DNA of 28,659 bases from an uncultured Muribaculaceae bacterium (GCA_964652445.1 CAZZCM010000001.1:1-28659); one strand, 5' to 3'. Positions 1 to 8,854 are shown, numbered from the stretch's first letter. Numbers and translations: made by a program. Notes: a model not told the origin generated them from the sequence alone.

Positions 1-3
1 TTC

Positions 4-33
4 AAAAAAAATATAGACCATAGTCCATATTTT
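4..33 (-). terminator. Intrinsic terminator after ytxH
   Basis: Minus strand AAAATATGGAC-TATG-GTCTATATTTT followed by more Ts, just after the stop at 40-42. Confidence 0.75.
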
Positions 34-39
34 AGGCAC

Positions 40-444
40 TTATTTTTTATCATTAGAAAGTTTATCGATAGTTGCCTCTGAAACTTCTACAACCTTAGTT
101 TTAATTGCATTAGCCGATTTTTCAATTACTGGAGTTCCCTTTTCGATTGCATACTCAACTAATTTTTCGGCTTGTTCACGAAGATTTTTAGCTTGTTTTT
201 TGGCTTCGGCTAAAACAGTCTCTTTATCTAAATTATCGAGCCCTTCTTTAAGTTCTTCAATTTTAGCCTCAACGGTTAACTTAACATCCTCGGCGTCAAT
301 ACTTCTAACCTTTTTCATTAAATCATCAAACATGTTTTTCAAATCAGCTCTTGTTTCTTCACCTTTTTTAGGTGCGAATAACAAACCCAAAGTCGCTCCA
401 ACTCCTGCACCAAGTGCAAATTTCCCTAAGCCTTTTTTACTCAT
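40..444 (-). CDS. ytxH: YtxH-domain protein
   Basis: GLGKFALGAGVGATLGLLFAPKKGEETRADL is the YtxH signature (GxxxGAxxxLLFAPKxGxExR); overlaps the end of the upstream ytxG-like gene. Confidence 0.85.
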   Translation of the reverse strand: MSKKGLGKFALGAGVGATLGLLFAPKKGEETRADLKNMFDDLMKKVRSIDAEDVKLTVEAKIEELKEGLDNLDKETVLAEAKKQAKNLREQAEKLVEYAIEKGTPVIEKSANAIKTKVVEVSEATIDKLSNDKK

Positions 445-718
445 CTTTCTTATCCTTCTTTCTATTAATTAAATTTTCAATACTATTCGCAACAAACGAC
501 ACGATACTATCGCTAATGCTGGCAACAACATCTGTTGTATTATCTATAATATGAAATAAGCCATCCAATTTTGACGATTTTTCTTGAATATCATCAAGAG
601 TTGTATCAACTTTACTCAAAGTTTTAATTGCTTTAACCACTAAAACAATTAAAGCAATTACTAAAACAATTAGAGCTATATAGAAAATTGTTCCCATTAA
701 TTCTACTAAATCAATCAT
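437..718 (-). CDS. ytxG: DUF948/YtxG-like single-TM protein
   Basis: One N-terminal TM helix, then a coiled coil (KTLSKVDTTLDDIQEK); directly upstream of ytxH. Start moved to ATG at 718 (SD AAGGAG). Confidence 0.7.
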   Translation of the reverse strand: MIDLVELMGTIFYIALIVLVIALIVLVVKAIKTLSKVDTTLDDIQEKSSKLDGLFHIIDNTTDVVASISDSIVSFVANSIENLINRKKDKKDE

Positions 719-1559
719 TTTTATCTCCTTTTTCATACAAAGAATCAATCATTCCAAATAATTCAGTATCACTTATTTTTCTTGGAGTTTTCTCTTTTGT
801 TTTTTTCGTAGTAGGTTCATCTTTGCCTAGTTCTTCCTCGAGTAAATCAGTAAGCTCTAATTCTGCATTATCAGATACATGTCTAGGTTTTTCTCCAAGT
901 ATATCTTCACCCATAATTGCAGACTCATTATCAATCACATTCATAACGTCATCTTTTTTCGCATCTCCAACGGTCATATCTAAAGGTTCAATTTTTTCAG
1001 CTTCATCATCACCAAATAACGCACTATTATGACCAAACAAAGTAGTTTCAATATCATCTTCTAAGGTTCCATATGCCTTATTTCTGATTTCATCAACTGT
1101 GGCTTCTTTAGGATTATAGTAAGTCCGTGGTCTATCAGATTTAGTTCTAATATCTTCCTTTTGATAATTTTTGTCTAAAATTCCATAAACTGGTGAAATA
1201 ATTGGAGTTGGTTTAAACACCTTTTTTTCTTCCCTAGGTGGGCTGTAAACCTCTTTGGTATCTTTTTTATAAGCCGATTCCTTACGATAAGATGATTTTC
1301 TTTTTGGTTGCTTTATTGGTTCCTCAGCCTCTAAAGCACTAAAATCATCGTCGTCAAAAAATGGAAATTTATATTCTTCTTTTTTAGGTTCCTCTTGCTT
1401 CACTGCTACATCTGGAGTTTCTACAGGTTCAGTATCGCTCCTTCTAGCTGGCGAAGGTATCTCCACTTGAATAACTTCTTTTTTTATTGGCTCTTCTGGA
1501 ATTACTTCCTCCTCAACTTCCTCAGTAAATAAATTTTTAAACTTGTCCATTAGTCCCAT
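711..1559 (-). CDS. Acidic soluble protein resembling the N-terminal region of SftA, without an FtsK motor domain
   Basis: Motifs MGLMDKFKNLF, YKFPFF and FKPTPIISPVYG; no Walker A; start ATG at 1559 (SD AGAGGTG). Confidence 0.6.
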   Translation of the reverse strand: MGLMDKFKNLFTEEVEEEVIPEEPIKKEVIQVEIPSPARRSDTEPVETPDVAVKQEEPKKEEYKFPFFDDDDFSALEAEEPIKQPKRKSSYRKESAYKKDTKEVYSPPREEKKVFKPTPIISPVYGILDKNYQKEDIRTKSDRPRTYYNPKEATVDEIRNKAYGTLEDDIETTLFGHNSALFGDDEAEKIEPLDMTVGDAKKDDVMNVIDNESAIMGEDILGEKPRHVSDNAELELTDLLEEELGKDEPTTKKTKEKTPRKISDTELFGMIDSLYEKGDKND

Positions 1560-1570
1560 TTTAAACACCT

Positions 1571-2191
1571 CTAATCTTGATTGTCTTCGTTATCTTCATA
1601 ACGTAAAAAACTATCACTTTCTTCTTTTTTAGATGAAAATTCATCATACTTGTCTTCTTTAGTTTTTAAAAAGTCCTCATCTAATGATAATTTTATTATA
1701 TTGTCATTGTATTTTATTGTCGATAAAATGTAGGAGGAATTCAAAACTGTTTCTTCAATATCTTCCTTATATACTAAAGCTTCAATTTTCGCATAATTAT
1801 AAACGAACTCGACCAAATATTGATTATTAGATTTTTCTGTAATTTCCAAGTAACCAACACTATCATCATTATTAAGTTTCCTAGAATAATATTTCGAATC
1901 ATCTTCCTTATACTTAAGACTGTTATTATAATAATAACTAACTTCATCTAAATACAAATAATAATACACGCCATTAGAATAAAGCCTATCATTAGTCCCA
2001 TTGCTGTCGATATAAGTAACTCCCCTTGGAACATAATACTTATACCCGATACCAATACGATTATATAAAGCATTGTCTTTAGAGAGTACCACATCTACAA
2101 TGTTGTCAATGCTCGTGGTATCAATTCTAACAATCGTACACCCCGTCAGCATTACCATAAGCAAACAGATAATAATACATTTCTTTTTCAT
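1571..2191 (-). CDS. Putative lipoprotein, Tyr-rich, unknown function
   Basis: Basic N-terminus, hydrophobic core, lipobox LTGC (Cys18); SD GCAGGTG. Confidence 0.75.
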   Translation of the reverse strand: MKKKCIIICLLMVMLTGCTIVRIDTTSIDNIVDVVLSKDNALYNRIGIGYKYYVPRGVTYIDSNGTNDRLYSNGVYYYLYLDEVSYYYNNSLKYKEDDSKYYSRKLNNDDSVGYLEITEKSNNQYLVEFVYNYAKIEALVYKEDIEETVLNSSYILSTIKYNDNIIKLSLDEDFLKTKEDKYDEFSSKKEESDSFLRYEDNEDNQD

Positions 2192-2212
2192 ATAACACCT
2201 GCTTCATTATAA

Positions 2213-2221
2213 ATTATATCA
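2213..2221 (-). promoter_or_regulatory. Extended -10 promoter for the lipoprotein-to-ytxH operon
   Basis: TG-A-TATAAT about 20 nt upstream of the ATG at 2191. Confidence 0.55.
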
Positions 2222-2273
2222 AACTTTGTTTTATTTGGATAGTTTTTTAAATACTTGACATGTAAAGAAGTGT

Positions 2274-2900
2274 CTATTTTGTTACCTTAACCATATAAAT
2301 GGGATATCCCATACTAGAAAAACGCTCTTCATACTCCGTTTTCACATTAAAATAATCATCCTTATGAAGATCTAAAGATAACTCCTCTATCTTATATCCA
2401 TAATTAGTAAAAGTCTTAAGCGAGAATTCAAAAAAATGTCTATTATCAGTCTTTTGAATAATAACATTTTTACCAGCAAAAATACTATCATAACGTTTTA
2501 AAAATCTTTCACTGGTAAGTCTTCTATGGGTATGTCTTTTTTTAGGCCATGGATCTGAAAAATTCAAATATAAAACATCGATTTCATGGTCGAAAATATC
2601 TTCGATATTTGTCGCATCAAATTTAATCAGCTTAAGATTGGCAAGGCCCTCAACATCTTGTTTTTGAACTGCCCTAACAATTACACTATCATACATTTCA
2701 ATCCCAATAAAGTTAATATTTGGAAAAGCTTTAGCCATATTAATAATAAACTGGCCTTTGCCTATTCCTATTTCTAGGTGCAACGGATTATTATTATGAA
2801 ATAAACTTTTAAATATTCCCTTATAATCACTTGGATTTTCTATAACATATTTAGAGGCATCAATAATCAATGATGCCCCTTTAATGTTTTTTAAACGCAT
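2274..2900 (-). CDS. trmB: tRNA (guanine-N7)-methyltransferase
   Basis: MRLKNIKGA start, LEIGIGKG SAM motif, LNFSDPWPKKRH, KTDN, TEYEERF. Confidence 0.97.
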   Translation of the reverse strand: MRLKNIKGASLIIDASKYVIENPSDYKGIFKSLFHNNNPLHLEIGIGKGQFIINMAKAFPNINFIGIEMYDSVIVRAVQKQDVEGLANLKLIKFDATNIEDIFDHEIDVLYLNFSDPWPKKRHTHRRLTSERFLKRYDSIFAGKNVIIQKTDNRHFFEFSLKTFTNYGYKIEELSLDLHKDDYFNVKTEYEERFSSMGYPIYMVKVTK

Positions 2901-2924
2901 TTAATCACCCTCTTTTTATTTAAA

Positions 2925-3722
2925 CTACAAATCAGAATCATTTGGCTTTTTACTAAACGTATAGCCTTGACTTAAGCCAGCATAAATCAAATCATTGGCT
3001 ATTGTCATATCTTCTTTATCTAATGTAGAATAATCTATATCATTATTTTCTAGCATTTCCATAAGTTCTTGTTCAAGACGAGTTAACCATTTCTCACAAT
3101 AAATGATATTTTCATTAATATTATAAGAAAAATCCTTTTGGAGTTTCAAATCTAACTTTAAGGCTCTTGTTTCTTCAGTTAATTTTTCTCTTGGATCTGC
3201 ATTTTTTTTCTTTTCAAGCTCTAGCGATAAATCCTGTTTTTTATGTTCATGGATTTTTGCTCTTTTAGTAAGTATTTCAATATTTTCTTGATAATTACTT
3301 ATATTGATTTTAGCTGTTTTAACAAGGGCAATTGTCATAACAATATTGGCAAAACTTATAACTCCACTCAAAGCACCAATCAACCACTGTCCAGTAGTAA
3401 GCGTCATTACTCCAAGTAATGCGAATACTGCAGCTATAATTCCAAATGGAATCCATCTATATTTTTGTTCTTTTTTATTCTTATCAAGCATTCTCTCTTC
3501 AAATTTTATTGATTTTTTAGTACTATTCAAACTATTGTCTAAAATATCAATCTGCCTATTTAATGTCATCATTTCTTTTTCATAATTTCTTATTTCATCT
3601 GTTTCATTAATCATTTTCTCTAATTCGGATTGTATTTCGTCAGAAGAATTTTTCTCTATATATAACTTTTCTAATTCTTCCTTAGCTCCTTTTATTTCTT
3701 TAAAAATATCTTTGTTTTTCAT
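2925..3722 (-). CDS. Hypothetical coiled-coil membrane protein (2 TM)
   Basis: 265 aa; central hydrophobic hairpin flanked by Lys/Glu-rich coiled coils; SD GGAGG. Confidence 0.7.
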   Translation of the reverse strand: MKNKDIFKEIKGAKEELEKLYIEKNSSDEIQSELEKMINETDEIRNYEKEMMTLNRQIDILDNSLNSTKKSIKFEERMLDKNKKEQKYRWIPFGIIAAVFALLGVMTLTTGQWLIGALSGVISFANIVMTIALVKTAKINISNYQENIEILTKRAKIHEHKKQDLSLELEKKKNADPREKLTEETRALKLDLKLQKDFSYNINENIIYCEKWLTRLEQELMEMLENNDIDYSTLDKEDMTIANDLIYAGLSQGYTFSKKPNDSDL

Positions 3723-3746
3723 GGGTCAAAACCTCCATCGGAAACT

Positions 3747-3775
3747 AATATAACACATTTCGCACAAATTTTCAA
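3747..3775 (-). promoter_or_regulatory. SigA promoter for 2925..3722
   Basis: TTGAAA-N17-TATATT with TG at -15/-14. Confidence 0.6.
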
Positions 3776-3790
3776 CAAAAGCATATACTT
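3762..3790 (+). promoter_or_regulatory. Putative mother-cell sporulation (SigK-like, possibly SigE) promoter
   Basis: GCACA, with AC-N16-CATATACTT, resembling the SigK consensus AC-N16/17-CATAnnnT; lies upstream of the SD of 3819..4109. Confidence 0.45.
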
Positions 3791-3818
3791 TATTAGAAAG
3801 TTAAAGGGGGAATTTATT

Positions 3819-4109
3819 TTGAAAAAAGATCGTAATTGTGGAGGCACTACTCCATATCCAGTATATCCAATGTATAGTGGAGCTATGCCAGGGCCAATTC
3901 CAATGACTGGTGTAAATATGCCTATGCCCATAAATGCACCAACATGGACTACACAAGGTTTTGGAAGTACTCAAAACTACACTGACTCAGAAATCAATAC
4001 ATTAAGTAATCAAGTAAACTCGTTAGAACAAAGAGTTTCTAATCTAGAAAACATGATTAATAAAATCTATTCAAATAATTATAATTCATCTAATTTTCAA
4101 ATGATGTAA
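3819..4109 (+). CDS. Small Pro/Met/Gly-rich protein with a C-terminal coiled coil; possible spore coat/exosporium protein
   Basis: TTG start 8 nt after SD AAGGGGG; heptads LSNQVNSLEQRVSNLE; terminator immediately after the stop. Confidence 0.65.
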   Translation: MKKDRNCGGTTPYPVYPMYSGAMPGPIPMTGVNMPMPINAPTWTTQGFGSTQNYTDSEINTLSNQVNSLEQRVSNLENMINKIYSNNYNSSNFQMM

Positions 4110-4137
4110 AAAAGCTTCACAATTAAGTGAAGTTTTT
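4109..4137. terminator. Bidirectional terminator between the 3819 ORF and lemA
   Basis: AAAAGCTTCAC-AATTAA-GTGAAGTTTTT, with A/T runs on both sides. Confidence 0.75.
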
Positions 4138-4143
4138 AAATAA

Positions 4144-4695
4144 TTAAAATTGTACTTTTGGCACTTCTTTTTCAGCTTCTGGAGCTTCAAAGAATTCTTC
4201 AGGTTTAAATTTAAATATAGAAGCCACAATATTAGATGGGAACATCTCTAATTTATTCTTATAAACCATTACTGCATCATTATAAAATTGTCTAGCATAA
4301 GAAATTTTATCTTCTGTTTCTTTCAAATTATTTTGTAAATCTAAAAAGTTTGTATTAGCTTTTAAATCAGGATAAGATTCAGATAAAGCAAACAATCTTC
4401 CTAAAGCATTAGTAAGTTCTCCAGCTGCCGCCATTTCCTCATGAGGATTATTCGCATTTACAGATTTGTTTCTAGCTTCGACAACTGCATCTAAAGTTGT
4501 CTTCTCATGAGAAGCATAACCTTTTACAGTTTCAACCAAATTAGGAATCAAATCATTTCTTCTTTTAAGTAAAACATCAATTTGAGACCAACTATCCTTA
4601 ACTTTGTTTTTTAGGTTTATTAAACCATTATAAGTTCCTATTACGTACAAAATTAATAAAATTACAACTATCGCAATAATAATTAATGCTACCAC
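4144..4695 (-). CDS. lemA: LemA family protein
   Basis: SWSQIDVLLKRRNDLIPNLVETVKGY, SESYPDLKANTNF, ARQFYND, FPSNIVA. GTG at 4695 fits SD GGAGG spacing better than ATG at 4701. Confidence 0.95.
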   Translation of the reverse strand: MVALIIIAIVVILLILYVIGTYNGLINLKNKVKDSWSQIDVLLKRRNDLIPNLVETVKGYASHEKTTLDAVVEARNKSVNANNPHEEMAAAGELTNALGRLFALSESYPDLKANTNFLDLQNNLKETEDKISYARQFYNDAVMVYKNKLEMFPSNIVASIFKFKPEEFFEAPEAEKEVPKVQF

Positions 4696-4755
4696 ACTCA
4701 TTCCTCCATTCTATTAACATTATACACTATTTTTTCAGAAAAATATATATCTACT

Positions 4756-4785
4756 GTATAAAAACCAATATTTCTCGCCATAATG
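4756..4785 (+). promoter_or_regulatory. Putative SigG (forespore) promoter of sspI
   Basis: GTATA-N18-CATAATG versus SigG consensus GHATR-N17/18-CATHHTA. Confidence 0.55.
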
Positions 4786-4808
4786 AAAATGGAAAGGAAA
4801 GTGGGAAA

Positions 4809-5015
4809 ATGAATATAAGTATTAGAGGATATATAAAAGATAATTTTAAAAACACAAATGAACAAGAACTTAAAGATTCAATCGAAAGTTCTTTAAAAGA
4901 AACAGCTGAAGAAACTTTACCTGGATTAGGTGTTTTCTTTGAAGTGCTTTGGCAAAATAGTGATGAAGACCAAAGAAACAATATTATTAAAAATCTAACC
5001 AAGGGATTTAACTAG
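4809..5015 (+). CDS. sspI: Small acid-soluble spore protein SspI
   Basis: 68 aa, MNISIRGYIK...EETLPGLGVFFEVLWQ matches the SspI motif EEKMLPGLGVLFEVIWQ. True start is ATG at 4809, not 4686. Confidence 0.9.
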   Translation: MNISIRGYIKDNFKNTNEQELKDSIESSLKETAEETLPGLGVFFEVLWQNSDEDQRNNIIKNLTKGFN

Positions 5016-5034
5016 TTATTAAACTAGTTTTTTA
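5010..5034 (+). terminator. Terminator overlapping the sspI stop
   Basis: AACTAGTT-ATTA-AACTAGTT-TTTT. Confidence 0.55.
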
Positions 5035-5036
5035 TA

Positions 5037-5064
5037 TTAAAAACGTCCATAAGAACGTTTTTAA
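5037..5064 (-). terminator. Terminator for 5070..5819
   Basis: Inverted repeat TTAAAAACGT-N8-ACGTTTTTAA. Confidence 0.55.
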
Positions 5065-5069
5065 GGTGC

Positions 5070-5819
5070 CTATCTGTTACAAGCATTATACCCAACAAAT
5101 TGTGGGGCTGAGAAGGTATTTCCACTAAAAGTAACTTTATAAGTGGAGCCAATATTTGTTCCCACTTGACACTCTTTTTTAGTATCTGTACTAAATAAAA
5201 ATTCATTAGGTCCAAAATTAAATGAACTACTATCAATATTGGCGTTATTGACGATAGTATTTAAAGTTGAATCGGTTTTTGCAAGTTCGACAAAGGCTGG
5301 ATCAGAAATATTAGATTGTAATAAAGATGTTTTTAAATCATAAACCCTATTAATAGATGAATCATACGCTACTACATTAAGATTACTAGGATTTACTGAA
5401 AAAATAAATAACTTATTATCAAAAATTCCAAAATTATTTTTATAATCCGTAGAAGCATACCTGACCACACGTTTACCGTCAATATACACACCTGTACTGT
5501 TATCATTTTCGTCAATGGAACCATTATAATAATAAACTTCAATTTTTAATTCATTGCTATCTAAAATCATATCATTAATTTTAAGTTTATTTAGTCCTCC
5601 ACAAAGTGTTGAAGTTTCGCCATTCACAATGGTACCATAATCAGCATTATTAATATCAAAAGTACAATTATCAGAAATTGTATTATCAGTCTTTGTCTCG
5701 ATTTGATCTTTAGAATTATTAGTATTCATAAGGAAATTATAAATTAAATAACCGACTAGTAAAATAATTACTGCCACTAAAATATAAATAAATATAACTC
5801 GAACCTTTTCCCCTTTCAT
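5070..5819 (-). CDS. Hypothetical membrane-anchored extracellular protein (Asn/Thr-rich, 4 Cys)
   Basis: Single N-terminal TM followed by a beta-rich polar domain; start ATG at 5819 (SD AGAGGTG). Confidence 0.75.
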   Translation of the reverse strand: MKGEKVRVIFIYILVAVIILLVGYLIYNFLMNTNNSKDQIETKTDNTISDNCTFDINNADYGTIVNGETSTLCGGLNKLKINDMILDSNELKIEVYYYNGSIDENDNSTGVYIDGKRVVRYASTDYKNNFGIFDNKLFIFSVNPSNLNVVAYDSSINRVYDLKTSLLQSNISDPAFVELAKTDSTLNTIVNNANIDSSSFNFGPNEFLFSTDTKKECQVGTNIGSTYKVTFSGNTFSAPQFVGYNACNR

Positions 5820-5871
5820 TCTATCACCTCTATTATTCATAATAACATTTTTTATAACAAAAATATATAGT

Positions 5872-8763
5872 TTAATTTAATTTTTTCAAAATATTTGCCA
5901 CAACCTGCATTTGATCAAAACGTTTTTCAACCTTACCAATAACTTTAATAATATCACCGGGCTTTGTATCATAATAACGATTATAAACTTTAGGAAATAA
6001 GACAATATCAACTTTTGCCAGCTCATCGCTACCTGTAATAAACATCATTTTCTCCTTTTTCCTAGTGTCGATAACCTTAATTTTTTCAACATACACAACC
6101 ATTTCGACAATCCTATCAAAGTAAGAAGCTAGATGCCTTAAATCAATAGCTTTTTCCACCTTAAGCTTATATTCTGTGGTTGGATGATTTCTCAAATAAA
6201 ATCCATAAACCTTAAGTTCATAATTCATAATTTCACTCTTAGAAAACTCATCAACCACATTTAATTCTGGTTTCATTTGTTCGTCATCAAGTAAATCACC
6301 AATCTCTGCATAGTTCGCAATAAGTTCTAAATTATTAATTAATGTCTTTCGATTATAACCTAACTTATCAAAAGCACCAGCTAATATCAAATTCTCTAGG
6401 ACTTTAATGTTAACGGCTTTGCCATAACATCTTTTAACAAAATCAAAAATATCTCTAAAAGGTTTATCACCTCTAGCTTCTAAAATAGTTTTAACCGCTG
6501 TTATCCCCACTCCTTTAATATTTGTAAGTGGAAAAACGATGTCCTTATCACAAACAAAGTAATTATCCTTACTTACATTAATATTTGGTAAAATAACTTC
6601 AATTTTATTAAGTTTGCATTCATATATATATTCTTTAGTTTTAGACTCACTGTTAATAGCCGAAGAAAGCAAATTCTTCATAAAAATCAGTGGATAATGA
6701 GCTTTTAAATAGGCCATTCTATAGGATATCATTGCATAGGCAACTGAATGTGATTTATTAAATCCATACGAAGCGAAACTCAAAATCATATCATAAATTC
6801 TAGTTGCCAAAGCTCTATCATAACCCCTAGCTACACTTTGGTTGATAAACTTATCTTTTCCAGACGCTAAAACATCGGCTTTTTTCTTGCTCATTGCTTT
6901 CCTTAAAATATCAGCTTCGGCAAAGCTATAACCAGCCATCACATTGGCAATTTGCATAATTTGTTCTTGATAAATAATAATCCCATAAGTTGGTTTCAAA
7001 ATTCCCTCTAAACTCGGATGAAAATAGTTGATTTTCTCATAACCGTTTTTCCTTTTAATATAAGAATCGATATTTTTCATTGGACCTGGTCTGAACAAAG
7101 CTAGTGCGGCCCCGATATCTTCAAAAGTCGTTGGTTTAAATTTTCTTAAAAAGTTAATCATCCCTTCTGACTCAAACTGAAAAACCCCAACCGTATTAGC
7201 CTGATTAAAAACATCTAAAGCTAACGCATCATCCTCGGGGATATTATCAAAATCCAAATCGGGGATTTCTGATAGAATATTGTTAATTAAGGTTAAATTT
7301 TTAAGACCTAAAAAATCCATTTTAAGTAAACCAATTTCTTCTAAATAAGTCATATCATAACCGGTTGTATAAAAATTATTATGACCTTTATCAAGGGGAA
7401 TAACCTCATCTAAATCGCATTTTGACATGACAATACCTGCTGCATGAACTGATGAATGTCTTTTTAAACCTTCAAATTTTAAAGCAATTTTATAAACCAT
7501 ACGCAAATCTTCATTTACTTTAAGTAAGTCTTTGACTTGAAATATTTTAGAATTTTCCATTAAGGAAAGTCTAGGATCCATTTGCTTGCTGAGTAAGTCT
7601 AATTTCTTAGTGCTGGCATCTAAAACTCTTCCAACATCTTTTACTGCTTGTCTAGCTCCCATCGTTCCAAAAGTAATAATGGGCGCTACTTTTTTAAAGC
7701 CATACTTTTTAATACAATAATTCGAAACCTCATCACGTCTAGAATCCTCAAAGTCCACATCAATATCGGGCATAGTAACTCTTTCAGAATTCAAAAATCG
7801 TTCGAATAATAAATCATATTTAATTGGGTCAACTGTCGTAATATTTAGTAAATAAGAAACTAAGGACCCAGCCGCACTTCCCCTACCGGGACCAACTAGT
7901 ATTCCATTATCTTTCGCATATTTAATATAATCAGCAACAATTAAAAAATAATCACAAAACCCCATCTTATTAATAACATCGAGTTCATATTTAAGTCTAA
8001 TTTTATAATCTCGATGAACACTATCACCAAATATTCTCTTAAGTCCTTTAATACACTCTTTTTTTAAATATTCAAAGCTATTCATTTCGCATGGGTATGA
8101 TGGCATAAGTTTCTGATGAAAAAGGATTTCTAAATTACATAGCTCATTGATTTTATAATTATTTTCTTCATCAGTATGTTTAAGTGGGAATAAGCTCACA
8201 TCAAAATTATTTATAACTATTTCTGAAGCAAGTTTCCCATCTCTAATTGCGTATAAATATTTTAAATAAACTTCATCTTCTTTTTCCAAACATAAAATTT
8301 CATTAAAATAAACTTTGTTAGAACTTTTAATTAAAGCTTTTTCATCATCATTTTTATAACCAATGAATAAATACTTAAACATTTTTTTAACATCATTATA
8401 TAAAGTTTTGCTTTCATATGGTAAAACACATACATTGTCTGAACAATATTTCATAACATCATCCAAACTTAAATCTTTTTCTGATGAAATAGTCGTAAGT
8501 TTGATTAGGTTTTTATACCCGTTATAGTTCATACAATATAAAACTAATTTTAAGCCGTCTATCACAAGCTCTAAACCAACAATTGGTTTAATTTCATTTA
8601 ATGTGCATGCTTTATAAAAGTCAATCACACCATACATATTATTATCCGCAATACTCAGTGACTTAAGTCCATGTTCTTTAGCCATTTTAACAAGTTCTGG
8701 AATTTTAATCATACTAGAAAGTAAAGAATTACCCGTTTTAATATTTAACGGAACATAGCCCAT
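5872..8763 (-). CDS. dnaE: DNA polymerase III alpha subunit (DnaE)
   Basis: GPGRGSAAGSL, MPDIDVDF catalytic motif, SVHAAG, KMDFLGL, YGFNKSHS, C-terminal OB fold; start ATG at 8763. Confidence 0.97.
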   Translation of the reverse strand: MGYVPLNIKTGNSLLSSMIKIPELVKMAKEHGLKSLSIADNNMYGVIDFYKACTLNEIKPIVGLELVIDGLKLVLYCMNYNGYKNLIKLTTISSEKDLSLDDVMKYCSDNVCVLPYESKTLYNDVKKMFKYLFIGYKNDDEKALIKSSNKVYFNEILCLEKEDEVYLKYLYAIRDGKLASEIVINNFDVSLFPLKHTDEENNYKINELCNLEILFHQKLMPSYPCEMNSFEYLKKECIKGLKRIFGDSVHRDYKIRLKYELDVINKMGFCDYFLIVADYIKYAKDNGILVGPGRGSAAGSLVSYLLNITTVDPIKYDLLFERFLNSERVTMPDIDVDFEDSRRDEVSNYCIKKYGFKKVAPIITFGTMGARQAVKDVGRVLDASTKKLDLLSKQMDPRLSLMENSKIFQVKDLLKVNEDLRMVYKIALKFEGLKRHSSVHAAGIVMSKCDLDEVIPLDKGHNNFYTTGYDMTYLEEIGLLKMDFLGLKNLTLINNILSEIPDLDFDNIPEDDALALDVFNQANTVGVFQFESEGMINFLRKFKPTTFEDIGAALALFRPGPMKNIDSYIKRKNGYEKINYFHPSLEGILKPTYGIIIYQEQIMQIANVMAGYSFAEADILRKAMSKKKADVLASGKDKFINQSVARGYDRALATRIYDMILSFASYGFNKSHSVAYAMISYRMAYLKAHYPLIFMKNLLSSAINSESKTKEYIYECKLNKIEVILPNINVSKDNYFVCDKDIVFPLTNIKGVGITAVKTILEARGDKPFRDIFDFVKRCYGKAVNIKVLENLILAGAFDKLGYNRKTLINNLELIANYAEIGDLLDDEQMKPELNVVDEFSKSEIMNYELKVYGFYLRNHPTTEYKLKVEKAIDLRHLASYFDRIVEMVVYVEKIKVIDTRKKEKMMFITGSDELAKVDIVLFPKVYNRYYDTKPGDIIKVIGKVEKRFDQMQVVANILKKLN

Positions 8764-8854
8764 ATAATCACCTTCTTCTATTAACATTTTACTATAATTT
8801 GTTTTATTTGGAAATGTTTTATATGGTATTTCATATAATTTTAAGGAAAAATAT

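Noticed and set aside
2255-2283. Plus-strand TTGACA downstream of trmB
   Set aside because: No -10 at 16-18 nt spacing and no plus-strand gene downstream.
8560-8763. DnaE PHP domain lacks metal-binding His residues (PLNIKT instead of HLHxH)
   Set aside because: Inactive PHP domains are common in DnaE, and the polymerase motif PDIDVD is intact.
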